Notes under the pieces: generated by a model | What the model saw: only the letters and a program-made list of their open reading frames with translations | The model's database searches: none | Told to the model about the DNA's origin: nothing | Assembly: GCA_964016885.1 (NCBI GenBank) | Contig: OZ024746.1 | Location: 14,322,001 to 14,386,000 of the forward strand | Source: Eledone cirrhosa | Lineage: Eukaryota | Direction of reading: 5' to 3' | DNA length: 64,000 nucleotides | In this document: positions 1 to 14,075 of the stretch, piece after piece | Layout of the letters: each line of letters opens with the position of its first letter | Numbering within the stretch: position 1 is the first letter of the stretch | Translations under genes and position numbers: made by a program

Positions 1-3000
1 TACTGCACATGATAGAAGTTTTCTCTGCCATCTGTGTCCTATGTTTGATTACTGCACATGATAGAGGTTTTCTCTGCCATCTGTGTGCTATTTCGATTAC
101 TGCACATGATAGAAGTTTTCTCTGCCATCTGTGTCCTATGTTTGATTACTGCACATGATAGAGGTTTTCTCTGCCATCTGTGTGCTATGTTTGATTACTG
201 CACATGATAGAGGTTTTCTCTGCCATCTGTGTCCTATTTCGATTACTGCACATGATAGAAGTTTTCTCTGCCATCTGTGTCCTATGTTTGATTACTGCAC
301 ATGATAGAGGTTTTCTCTGCCATCTGTGTCCTATGTTTGATTACTGCACATGATAGAGGTTTTCTCTGCCATCTGTGTCCTATGTTTGATTACTGCACAT
401 GATAGAGGTTTTCTCTGCCATCTGTGTCCTATGTTTGATTACTGCACATGATAGAGGTTTTCTCTGCCATCTGTGTCCTATGTTTGATTACTGTACATGA
501 TAGAGGTTTTCTCTGCCATCTGTGTCCTATTTCGATTACTGCACATGATATAGGTTTTCTCTGCCATCTGTGTCGTATGTTTGATTACTGCACATGATAG
601 AGGTTTTCTCTGCCATCTGTGTCCTATTTCGATTACTGCACATGATAGAGGTTTTCTCTGCCATCTGTGTCCTATGTTTGATTACTGCACATGATATAGG
701 TTTTCTCTGCCATCTGTGTCCTATGTTTGATTACTGCACATGATAGAGGTTTTCTCTGCCATCTGTGTCCTATGTTTGATTACTGCACATGATAGAGGTT
801 TTCTCTGCCATCTGTGTCCTATTTCGATTACTGCACATGATAGAAGTTTTCTCTGCCATCTGTGTCCTATGTTTGATTACTGCACATGATATAGGTTTTC
901 TCTGCCATCTGTGTCCTATTTCGATTACTGCACATGATAGAAGTTTTCTCTGCCATCTGTGTCCTATGTTTGATTACTGCACATGATAGAGGTTTTCTCT
1001 GCCATCTGTGTCCTATTTCGATTACTGCACATGATAGAAGTTTTCTCTGCCATCTGTGTCCTATGTTTGATTACTGCACATGATAGAGGTTTTCTCTGCC
1101 ATCTGTGTCCTATTTCGATTACTGCACATGATAGAGGTTTTCTCTGCCATCTGTGTCCTATGTTTGATTACTGCACATGATATAGGTTTTCTCTGCCGTC
1201 TGTGTCCTATGTTTGATTACTGCACATGATAGAGGTTTTCTCTGCCGTCTGTGTCCTATGTTTGATTACTGCACATGATATAGGTTTTCTCTGCCATCTG
1301 TGTCCTATGTTTGATTACTGCACATGATATAGGTTTTCTCTGCCATCTGTGTCCTATGTTTGATTACTGCACATGATATAGGTTTTCTCTGCCGTCTGTG
1401 TCCTATGTTTGATTACTGCACATGATAGAGGTTTTCTCTGCCGTCTGTGTCCTATGTTTGATTACTGCACATGATATAGGTTTTCTCTGCCATCTGTGTC
1501 CTATGTTTGATTACTGCACATGATAGAGGTTTTCTCTGCCGTCTGTGTCCTATGTTTGATTACTGCACATGATATAGGTTTTCTCTGCCGTCTGTGTCCT
1601 ATGTTTGATTACTGCACATGATAGAGGTTTTCTCTGCCATCTGTGTCCTGTTTGATTACTGCACATGATATAGGTTTTCTCTGCCATCTGTGTCCTATGT
1701 TTGATTACTGCACATGATATAGGTTTTCTCTGCCATCTGTGTCCTATGTTTGATTACTGCACATGATAGAGGTTTTCTCTGCCATCTGTGTCCTATGTTT
1801 GATTACTGCACATGGTAGAGGTTTTCTCTGCCATCTGTGTCCTATTTCGATTACTGCACATGATAGAAGTTTTCTCTGCCATCTGTGTCCTATGTTTGAT
1901 TACTGCACATGATATAGGTTTTCTCTGCCATCTGTGTCCTATTTCGATTACTGCACATGATAGAAGTTTTCTCTGCCATCTGTGTCCTATGTTTGATTAC
2001 TGCACATGATAGAGGTTTTCTCTGCCATCTGTGTCCTATTTCGATTACTGCACATGATAGAAGTTTTCTCTGCCATCTGTGTCCTATGTTTGATTACTGC
2101 ACATGATAGAGGTTTTCTCTGCCATCTGTGTCCTATGTTTGATTACTGCACATGATAGAGGTTTTCTTTGCCATCTGTGTCCTATGTTTGATTACTGCAC
2201 ATGATAGAGGTTTTCTCTGCCATCTGTGTCCTATGTTTAATTACTGCACATGATAGAGGTTTTCTCTGCCATCTGTGTCCTATGATTGATTACTGCACAT
2301 GATAGAGGTTTTCTCTGGCATCTGTGTCCTATGTTTGATTACTGCACATGATAGAGGTTTTCTCTGCCATCTGTGTCCTATTTCGATTACTGCACATGAT
2401 AGAAGTTTTCTCTGCCATCTGTGTCCTATGTTTGATTACTGCACATGATAGAGGTTTTCTCTGCCATCTGTGTCCTATTTCGATTACTGCACATGATAGA
2501 AATTTTCTCTGCCATCTGTGTCCTATGTTTGATTACTGCACATGATAGAGGTTTTCTCTGCCATCTGTGTCCTATTTCGATTACTGCACATGATAGAGGT
2601 TTTCTCTGCCATCTGTGTCCTATGTTTGATTACTGCACATGATATAGGTTTTCTCTGCCGTCTGTGTCCTATGTTTGATTACTGCACATGATAGAGGTTT
2701 TCTCTGCCGTCTGTGTCCTATGTTTGATTACTGCACATGATATAGGTTTTCTCTGCCATCTGTGTCCTATGTTTGATTACTGCACATGATATAGGTTTTC
2801 TCTGCCATCTGTGTCCTATGTTTGATTACTGCACATGATATAGGTTTTCTCTGCCATCTGTGTCCTATGTTTGATTACTGCACATGATATAGGTTTTCTC
2901 TGCCATCTGTGTCCTATTTCGATTACTGCACATGATAGAGGTTTTCTCTGCCATCTGTGTGCTATGTTTGATTACTGCACATGATAGAGGTTTTCTCTGC

Positions 3001-6000
3001 CATCTGTGTCCTATGCTTGATTACTGCACATGATAGAGGTTTTCTCTGCCATCTGTGTCCTATGTTTGATTACTGCACATGATAGAGGTTTTCTCTGCCA
3101 TCTGTATCCTATGTTTGATTACTGCACATGATAGAGGTTTTCTCTGCCATCTGTGTCCTATGTTTGATTACTGCACATGATAGAGGTTTTTTCTGCCATC
3201 TGTGTCCTATGTTTGATTACTGCACATGATAGAGGTTTTCTCTGCCATCTGTGTCCTGTTTGATTACTGCACATGATATAGGTTTTCCCTGCCATCTGTG
3301 TCCTATGTTTGATTACTGCACATGATATAGGTTTTCTCTGCCATCTGTGTCCTATGTTTGATTACTGCACATGATAGAGGTTTTCTCTGCCATCTGTGTC
3401 CTATGTTTGATTACTGCACATGGTAGAGGTTTTCTCTGCCATCTGTGTCCTATTTCGATTACTGCACATGATAGAAGTTTTCTCTGCCATCTGTGTCCTA
3501 TGTTTGATTACTGCACATGATAGAGGTTTTCTCTGCCATCTGTGTCCTATTTCGATTACTGCACATGATAGAAGTTTTCTCTGCCATCTGTGTCCTATGT
3601 TTGATTACTGCACATGATATAGGTTTTCTCTGCCATCTGTGTCCTATTTCGATTACTGCACATGATAGAAGTTTTCTCTGCCATCTGTGTCCTATGTTTG
3701 ATTACTGCACATGATATAGGTTTTCTCTGCCATCTGTGTCCTATTTCGATTACTGCACATGATAGAAGTTTTCTCTGCCATCTGTGTCCTATGTTTGATT
3801 ACTGCACATGATAGAGGTTTTCTCTGCCATCTGTGTCCTATTTCGATTACTGCACATGATAGAAGTTTTCTCTGCCATCTGTGTCCTATGTTTGATTACT
3901 GCACATGATAGAGGTTTTCTCTGCCATCTGTGTCCTATGTTTGATTACTGCACATGATAGAGGTTTTCTTTGCCATCTGTGTCCTATGTTTGATTACTGC
4001 ACATGATAGAGGTTTTCTCTGCCATCTGTGTCCTATGTTTAATTACTGCACATGATAGAGGTTTTCTCTGCCATCTGTGTCCTATGTTTGATTACTGCAC
4101 ATGATAGAGGTTTTCTCTGCCATCTGTGTCCTATGTTTGATTACTGCACATGATAGAGATTTTCTCTGCCATCTGTGTCCTATTTCGATTACTGCACATG
4201 ATAGAAGTTTTCTCTGCCATCTGTGTCCTATGTTTGATTACTGCACATGATATAGGTTTTCTCTGCCATCTGTGTCCTATTTCGATTACTGCACATGATA
4301 GAAGTTTTCTCTGCCATCTGTGTCCTATGTTTGATTACTGCACATGATAGAGGTTTTCTCTGCCATCTGTGTCCTATTTCGATTACTGCACATGATAGAA
4401 GTTTTCTCTGCCATCTGTGTCCTATGTTTGATTACTGCACATGATAGAGGTTTTCTCTGCCATCTGTGTCCTATTTCGATTACTGCACATGATAGAGGTT
4501 TTCTCTGCCATCTGTGTCCTATGTTTGATTACTGCACATGATATAGGTTTTCTCTGCCGTCTGTGTCCTATGTTTGATTACTGAACATGATATAGGTTTT
4601 CTCTGCCATCTGTGTCCTATGTTTGATTACTGCACATGATATAGGTTTTCTCTGCCATCTGTGTCCTATGTTTGATTACTGCACATGATATAGGTTTTCT
4701 CTGCCATCTGTGTCCTATGTTTGATTACTGCACATGATATAGGTTTTCTCTGCCATCTGTGTCCTATGTTTGATTACTGAACATGATATAGGTTTTCTCT
4801 GCCATCTGTGTCCTATGTTTGATTACTGAACATGATATAGGTTTTCTCTGCCATCTGTGTCCTATGTTTGATTACTGCACATGATATAGGTTTTCTCTGC
4901 CGTCTGTGTCCTATGTTTGATTACTGAACATGATATAGGTTTTCTCTGCCATCTGTGTCCTATGTTTGATTACTGCACATGATATAGGTTTTCTCTGCCG
5001 TCTGTGTCCTATGTTTGATTACTGAACATGATATAGGTTTTCTCTGCCATCTGTGTCCTATGTTTGATTACTGAACATGATATAGGTTTTCTCTGCCATC
5101 TGTGTCCTATGTTTGATTACTGCACATGATATAGGTTTTCTCTGCCATCTGTGTCCTATGTTTGATTACTGCACATGATATAGGTTTTCTCTGCCGTCTG
5201 TGTCCTATGTTTGATTACTGCACATGATAGAGGTTTTCTCTGCCGTCTGTGTCCTATGTTTGATTACTGCACATGATATAGGTTTTCTCTGCCATCTGTG
5301 TCCTATGTTTGATTACTGCACATGATAGAGGTTTTCTCTGCCGTCTGTGTCCTATGTTTGATTACTGCACATGATATAGGTTTTCTCTGCCGTCTGTGTC
5401 CTATGTTTGATTACTGCACATGATAGAGGTTTTCTCTGCCGTCTGTGTCCTATGTTTGATTACTGCACATGATATAGGTTTTCTCTGCCATCTGTGTCCT
5501 ATGTTTGATTACTGCACATGATATAGGTTTTCTCTGCCGTCTGTGTCCTATGTTTGATTACTGCACATGATAGAGGTTTTCTCTGCCGTCTGTGTCCTAT
5601 GTTTGATTACTTCACATGATATAGGTTTTCTCTGCCATCTGTGTCCTATGTTTGATTACTGCACATGATAGAGGTTTTCTCTGCCGTCTGTGTCCTATGT
5701 TTGATTACTGCACATGATATAGGTTTTCTCTGCCGTCTGTGTCCTATGTTGGATTACTGCACATGATAGAGGTTTTCTCTGCCGTCTGTGTCCTATGTTT
5801 GATTACTGCACATGATATAGGTTTTCTCTGCCATCTGTGTCCTATGTTTGATTACTGCACATGATAGAGGTTTTCTCTGCCGTCTGTGTCCTATGTTTGA
5901 TTACTGCACATGATATAGGTTTTCTCTGCCATCTGTGTCCTATGTTTGATTACTGCACATGATAGAGGTTTTCTCTGCCATCTGTGTCCTATGTTTGATT

Positions 6001-7842
6001 ACTGCACATGATATAGGTTTTCTCTGCCATCTGTGTCCTATGTTTGATTACTGCACATGATATAGGTTTTCTCTGCCATCTGTGTCCTATTTCGATTACT
6101 GCACATGATAGAGGTTTTCTCTGCCATCTGTGTGCTATGTTTGATTACTGCACATGATAGAGGTTTTCTCTGCCATCTGTGTCCTATGTTTGATTACTGC
6201 ACATGATAGAGGTTTTCTCTGCCATCTGTGTCCTATGTTTGATTACTGCACATGATAGAGGTTTTCTCTGCCATCTGTATCCTATGTTTGATTACTGCAC
6301 ATGATAGAGGTTTTCTCTGCCATCTGTGTCCTATGTTTGATTACTGCACATGATAGAGGTTGTTTCTGCCATCTGTGTCCTATGTTTGATTACTGCACAT
6401 GATAGAGGTTTTCTCTGCCATCTGTGTCCTATGTTTGATTACTGCACATGATATAGGTTTTCTGTGCCATCTGTGTCCTATGTTTGATTACTGCACATGA
6501 TAGAGGTTTTCTCTGCCATCTGTGTCCTATTTCGATTACTGCACATGATATAGGTTTTCTCTGCCATCTGTGTCCTATGTTTGATTACTGCACATGATAG
6601 AGGTTTTCTCTGCCATCTGTGTCCTATGTTTGATTACTGCACATGATAGAGGTTTTCTCTGCCATCTGTGTCCTATTTCGATTACTGCACATGATATAGG
6701 TTTTCTCTGCCATCTGTGTCCTATGTTTGATTACTGCACATGATATAGGTTTTCTCTGCCATCTGTGTCCTATGTTTGATTACTGCACATGATATAGGTT
6801 TTCTCTGCCATCTGTGTCCTATTTCGATTACTGCACATGATAGAAGTTTTCTCTGCCATCTGTGTCCTATGTTTGATTACTGCACATGATAGAGGTTTTC
6901 TCTGCCATCTGTGTCCTATGTTTGATTACTGCACATGATAGAGGTTTTCTCTGCCATCTGTGTCCTATGTTTGATTACTGCACATGATAGAGGTTTTCTC
7001 TGCCATCTGTGTCCTATGTTTGATTACTGCACATGATAGAGGTTTTCTCTGCCATCTGTGTCCTATGTTTGATTACTGCACATGATAGAGGTTTTCTCTG
7101 CCATCTGTGTCCTATGTTTGATTACTGCACATGATAGAGGTTTTCTCTGCCATCTGTGTCCTATGTTTGATTACTGCACATGATAGAGGTTTTCTCTGCC
7201 ATCTGTGTCCTATGTTTGATTACTGCACATGATAGAGGTTTTCTCTGCCATCTGTGTCCTATGTTTGATTACTGCACATGATAGAGGTTTTCTCTGCCAT
7301 CTGTGTCCTATGTTTGATTACTGCACATGATAGAGGTTTTCTCTGCCATCTGTGTCCTATGTTTGATTACTGCACATGATATAGGTTTTCTCTGCCATCT
7401 GTGTCCTATGTTTGATTACTGCACATGATAGAGGTTTTCTCTGCCATCTGTGTCCTATGTTTGATTACTGCACATGATAGAGGTTTTCTCTGCCATCTGT
7501 GACTTATGTTTGATTACTGCACATGATAGAGGTTTTCTCTGCCATCTGTGTCCTATGTTTGATTACTGCACATGATAGAGGTTTTCTCTGCCATATGTGT
7601 CCTATGTTTGATTACTGCACATGATAGAGGTTTTCTCTGCCATCTGTGACTTATGTTTGATTACTGCACATGATATAGGTTTTCTCTGCCATCTGTGTCC
7701 TATTTCGATTACTGCACATGATAGAAGTTTTCTCTGCCATCTGTGTCCTATTTCGATTACTGCACATGATAGAGGTTTTCTCTGCCATCTGTGTCCTATT
7801 TCGATTACTGCACATGATAGAGGTTTTCTCTGCCATCTGTGT
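1..7842. repeat. Tandem satellite, 49-bp unit GATTACTGCACATGATAGAGGTTTTCTCTGCCATCTGTGTCCTATGTTT with a 48-bp variant (...CCTATTTC); about 160 copies, open at the left window edge
   Basis: Unit repeats directly with few substitutions and ends abruptly at ~7842. The 65-aa ORFs here are by-products of the repeat. Confidence 0.98.
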
Positions 7843-8654
7843 ACTACGTCTGTGTCACAATCGTCCCATTTACACACAACACCAAAACATTAACATACAA
7901 ACGTTTCTATACAATTTACAATTAAACATTTTAAATTGTATAGAAAAGTATTAATCTCTCTTGGAACATTATATATGATAATCCTACAGATATAAATGGA
8001 ATTTATGTGATTATCAAAATATACTGAGACCAGTACTATTAAATTTATTATTGACTCAAATTGTTATTATTATCATTATTATTAATGTGGTGGATTATCG
8101 GTTGTTTACTAAAATGTCACGGCATTCCAATTTCCTCGTATAAACACTGGCATATATTACACTTCAAGAAATATTTCATGGATATATACAATTTCTTGTA
8201 TCATCATAAATATTCAAAGAATAAATGACAATATAAATCTTAATACAATTCGGTTTTATAATGATTCCAAGTGTATATATTTCCAAGCAAGGTATGGAAA
8301 CGCTTAATATTTTCATTATAAATTAAATATGTGTTATTATATTGATTAATATCGTGTGCTCCTCTATTTTAGACATTAATTCGATTGCCGGCAGTAAACA
8401 GCAATCAAAATAGCATTTCGCTAAACTTCATATGATTTTTACAACTATCTATTAAAACAGCATTTGTTCATGAAATAAACTATTACTTTGAAAATTTAAT
8501 TTACTTCAATTTCATTGAAATGATATATAGTTTTAATGATGCTCCTCAATACATTTATTAATGTGTGTCCATTATCAGAAATTTCAACAATTTCCAAGCT
8601 GAAACTCTGCAAACGTTCATATATAAATATATACATGCATGCATACACCTACAA

Positions 8655-8842
<188 letters not shown>

Positions 8843-9364
8843 ATTGTCCTATAGTTGTTACTTGAATTAGTAAGACATATTGATATTAGTGGATAAAGAT
8901 ATTTATTTCACACTGAACAACAACCTAGGAAATACATGAGATGTGTTTTAATTTTATGAATTAGAAATAAATATAATCAAATTTATTATGTCGAATAACT
9001 TTTGTTTTTCGTACTTTTTTTTCTATTTCAAGGAAAACTATACACACATACACATAAAACACATATATAAGACAGACTCATAAAACCTATTTAACTATTA
9101 CTTGATAGACTATACTGTAGGGACTCACATATATAATATAGTAAATTGTAAAAATATGATCAACTGAAATTGTCTAAGCAATTAATAGACAGAAACTACC
9201 TCCTAAACTCTAAAACCAACAATCAAGGGAGGTAAGTCTCAAAATATCACTTAATCGAAGATAGTGGACAATATAGACAATATCGATTGGAGTTGATTTA
9301 AACTTTAAAACAAACTGGCAAAAAGAACCCCTCCTCATACACACATACAAATACTCACATTTCG

Positions 9365-9413
9365 GGGAGAGATGGGGAGAGAGAGAGAAAGAGAGAGAGA
9401 AAGGGAGATAGAT

Positions 9414-9451
<38 letters not shown>

Positions 9452-9452
9452 G

Positions 9453-9531
<79 letters not shown>
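9365..9531. repeat. (GA)n microsatellite
   Basis: Seen directly. Confidence 0.95.
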
Positions 9532-9533
<2 letters not shown>

Positions 9534-9737
9534 GGTATCTGAAAGACTGGAGTAAGGGTAACGAGGCGACATTTTAAATGTTGACGACAGAAATATTTAT
9601 TAGATACTGCATATGAAATAACAGATGAAGAATCTCAGAAAAAGATAAAGTGGTTTCTCAAAAGATCCATAGATTATGTTTTATATAATAGAAGGGTATA
9701 TGAACACATATACGATATATTTAGGTATAATTAACAT

Positions 9738-11119
9738 CAGTGACGGACTGGCCAGGTTGCCTAATGGCAAGTGGGCCCCAGGGAGCCCACGGTAACATTG
9801 CAAGGGCCCACAGTAGCATTGCAGGGCCCACTGTAGTATTTTAGGGGCCAATGCTTTGCTTTCAAAAAATACCTGGAATCTAAGAGAAAGAAAATTTTTT
9901 TTTTTAATAAATAAAACACTTAAGCAAAGTATTTGGTCAACCAATTCCCTAGGGGATTACTAGAAACCAAAATATACGATAGTACAAATAGCTGGAATCA
10001 GTGGTTGTTCATTCTACTAAAGCTTAGTGTATTCATTCATGCAAACATACATATATAGACACAGACACACAAGCATATACATATTTATTTATATATAACG
10101 AAGGAGTTGTGGTAAGGAACAAGATGGACCATAATGCACCAGAGTACTCAATACTTAGGGTAGTAAAGTGGGTAATAGGAAAATGTATAACCCCGACGGC
10201 AGAGCTCAAGCCGTTTCGACGGCTATTTCTGGAGTAGTCCAGAAATAGCCGTCGAAACGGCTTGAGCTCAGCCGTCGGGGTCCTACTCGTTCCTATTACC
10301 CACTCTACTACCCTAAGTATTGAGTACTTTGGTGCATTATGGTCCACCTTGTTCCTTACCACATTTCCTTCGTTATATATATATATACACACATACATAT
10401 ATATATATATATTGAGTGAGTGTGAAAGACCAAAGGTCATTATTGAAAGTCTCTGGATTTCGCAAAATAATAATATTTTTTATTGGAGAAGGTAAGATAT
10501 TTTCCCGCAAAAATGTGATTGCACTGTTTTGTTTCCAATTATGTATTTTTTTTTAAATGTTATTTATTCATTATAATAATTAAATGATACCATTCTATAT
10601 GTAGGTGGGCCCCCTTCATTTGGCAACCAATATTTTTAGATCTAACATTAAGAAAGACATGAACGACACAACAACACTTTGTTTTGAATGTTTTGAAAAT
10701 TTTGAAAGTAGGTTTATAAGTATGAATTTTCATCAGACTTTCGTAGTTGTTTTTGTGGCCTAGCGGTAAATGCTAGAGGCGGTGGATATCCTGCCCTTGG
10801 GTTCAATCCTGGTCAAGAGGTATATGTAACCGTTTTCAGTTTTTATTTTACAATCCATAGACAAAAACTGAAAAGGTTTACTGGGAACCCTACTCCCGAC
10901 CAGGATCAAACTTAAGTCTCTGGATTTCGCAAAATACATAATATTTTTATTGGAGAAGTTAAGATATTTTTACGAAAAAATTTAGTTGCGCTGTTTTGTT
11001 TCCACATGTATTTTTCGAAAATGTTATTTATTCATTATAAAAATTAAATGATAACATTCTATATGTAGGTAGGCCCCCTTTATCTGGCAACCAGTATTTT
11101 TAGACCCAGTCCGCCACTG
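9738..11119. mobile_element. Non-autonomous hAT-type DNA transposon (MITE) with nested insertions
   Basis: TIRs CAGTGACGGACTGG (9738) and CCAGTCCGCCACTG (ends 11119). Flanks ATTAACAT and GTTAACAT match 7/8 as an 8-bp TSD. No transposase. Confidence 0.8.
10097..10374. mobile_element. Palindromic insert in (TA)n; each arm carries the 3' half of a hammerhead (probable head-to-head Penelope pLTR ends)
   Basis: 137-bp arms around a GTAG loop (10234-10237). Right arm reads GAAA-CGGCT-TGAGCTC-AGCCG-TC-GGGGT. Confidence 0.7.
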
Positions 11120-11875
11120 GTTAACATGCAAACGTTTCCCTCTAAGCAGTTTTAATTATGATCATATCACAGTGATCTCGGTAGCCGTAGAGAACGCAAG
11201 ACACTAGTATTTCAGGATTTCTTATCTATCATTTATGAATCATTTGGTAATGAGATTAGAATAAGCTCAGTATTATATACTTTTTTGTCTACAGCATATT
11301 CACGTTTACAAAATTGATGGTTGGTGATTCTTTCAAGCGAAAATATTTCTATAGCCTCTTCATTGTAGGCCACCCATTTCCGGCTAGAGTTCTCGCGTGT
11401 ATCAACGTAGTGGTCACCCCTCCACCTCCATTAGCATTCTATTTCATAATAATAAGAATGTCTACTTAAAAAAAATAACAACATTCAATTCGCCATATAA
11501 TTCGTCCTTCTTTACACTAATATCCGTGGACATCTGTCCAAATTTCATCCCCCCCCCCCTCCTTGACTCCCACTGACACTAACAACATTGTTTTTCTCTG
11601 GTATAACTGTTTTATCATTGAACTTATATATGATACTTGCACATCCTTCTGAGATGTGGTGCCTTCCCTGATGTGGTATCTGTTATGTATATCACTTTTT
11701 ATTCTGACCTGGATATCAGGAACAAAAACCTCCATTTACTCTGTATAAAATAACTTCTGAGATATTTCTCCTCTTAGTTAATCTACTGTCACTACAGCTA
11801 TACAAACACCACGCCTGTTGCAATCCTCCTCATCCTCATCCTCAGGGGAACAACGCCTTCTCTATTCTGTCCGCC

Positions 11876-12040
11876 GTGACCGCGGGGCGACCAGCGGATG
11901 GACCCCATTTACTCATAATAGTGAGAGATGGGGAGAGCAGGAGAGGCGGAGGCAGTGACAGCGGGGCGACCAGCGGATGGACCCCATTTACTCATAATAG
12001 TGAGAGATGGGGAGAGCAGGAGAGGCGGAGGCAGTGACAG
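11876..12040. repeat. GC-rich 79-bp tandem repeat, about 2.1 copies
   Basis: GTGAC starts at 11876, 11955 and 12034. Confidence 0.9.
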
Positions 12041-14075
12041 TGGGAGCTTTGTTCCTTTGTGTTCAGACCCGGTGTGTATGTATATGTTTCACAGACACAC
12101 ACTCACACTATGCAGACATTGATGTCGCAGCCGAATATTTTGCCCTTATCAATCGTTTGACTAGTTAATATATCTTATCCGTGTTCTTCACTGATGAACT
12201 AACCCAGCAATTACTTTTAATATTTTTTCGTACCAATTAGAAGTCGCAAATTTATGAAACCATTAACATCTCTACTGCATATAATTATCTGCTTAATAAT
12301 AAATAATATATCTTCTAAATCATTAGATGTACTTTGTGAAACTAACATCAAAATATGTAATTTAATAAATAATAAAATAAAATGTGTATCAATCTTTACA
12401 ATTAGTTGAATTTCACATTTTTTTTTAAATTACAAATTGAAAGGAATAATATGTTATTATTGCATATGCAAAGAAATATTTTGGTCGGTATAACAAATAA
12501 TATAGATTAGTTGAAATAAAAAACATATTCAATATACAAAATCTCTCATTATCATGATATCATGATATCATATAAAAATTATTCAGCAGTATCTAATAAT
12601 TTTGAATATAATAGTTTTGAATATTTCTGTCGTTTATTGAGTGATATACACAAGGTTTATACTGTGATATCGTTTGAATTTTCTATATATCTCACGGAGA
12701 AGAAGCTTCAACATCAATTTCTATTGCACACAAAATGCAAAATTGTCTGCATTATTTGCTTTTCATATGTAATATGAGCATATTACATATGCTCATATTA
12801 CATATGCTCATATTACAACATATTACAATTTCATATTACAACTATGCTCACGTGCCTCAAAGAGAGTTATAAGCTTTATATCATTTGTGATTGAGCGTTG
12901 GCTTTGATTCGCTTAATTTACATTGCTGAGTAACACAATCAACTACCCTCTATATAGACGGTGCCTGGTGTTTTCTAAGAAATCAATATTACAGAAAAAA
13001 TGTAAGCTCTATACTCTTGTCTAAAGAACTTCAACCAATTAGATGCTATTTATAGACATTTATCACCATTCTGATTAAGCCTTATGACAACATACAATTG
13101 TGATCCTACTCGCAACTATTTGTCTCCTACATATTCAATAGTCATTATCATATCGAGTGTTTCTGTAAAAATAAAATGTCTAATCAATTTTAAAATTCTA
13201 CAGCAGTTATCGGTGATTCATTTTAATTGTATTTTGCAAGAAATCTATAGGATAAAAATATGTATTATTTTTAGATTTCCGAAATACTAATGCAGTTAAA
13301 TTAGTTAACAGTATTGATTAAAACAATAAATAAATTAAAACAATAAACTGATGTTCTTTTATTAATTAATAAACGTATAATAGAATAACACGGCTAAATA
13401 TTTCATTTATTGTTTTTTAATGAGAGAACGAGTGGGATTTAAAATAATTAAAAATGAAACGAAATACTAAAGAATAAAAAAATATATTATATGAATTTTG
13501 AATTACAAAAGATTCATATCATACAGTTGGTGTTTGGTTTGAGAAAAATATTTATAGCATTCAACTAAATTAATATATCTCGACTATGAAAGATTGAACA
13601 AAACGAAAATTGTGTATTTTGTTACATAGTTCTATTTGCTTGATAGGTGATATTGTCTGAGATTATATATTAAAACTGAAGAAATGCATTATGATACTCT
13701 GGTTTTATATATTATGTTTTTATTTAGCAGTTTGAGGTGGTAGAGTTTTGATTTAATGAGTGATTGGTAAGAAGATCTGTGAACCAAGCTCAATGAGGTC
13801 TTTCGCTAGAGTCACCTGTCCCTGGTGAAGTGACGATCCTACCTTCCTTTCTCGAAACCCTCTATGTCATAGTTTACTTTTACAACCTAATATTTAGATG
13901 AATTGAACTTGGGACCGATTCTCGACAAGACAGATACAACTGAGTAGAGGTTGCTGTCGATGGCACCAGCAGGTTTATATATATATATATACACACATAC
14001 ATATATACATATATATGTATGTGTGTATACATATATACATATACATACATATATACATATATATACATATATAAA

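Noticed and set aside
1-7842. CRISPR-like array or repeated 65-aa genes
   Set aside because: There are no unique spacers or cas genes, the context is eukaryotic, and the ORFs arise from the 49/48-bp units.
11517-11735. 72-aa minus-strand ORF or exon
   Set aside because: No recognisable domain and weak splice signals.
12764-12850. Short 15-bp tandem and inverted CATATTACATATGCT repeats
   Set aside because: Consistent with a local slippage or repair scar, with no further structure.
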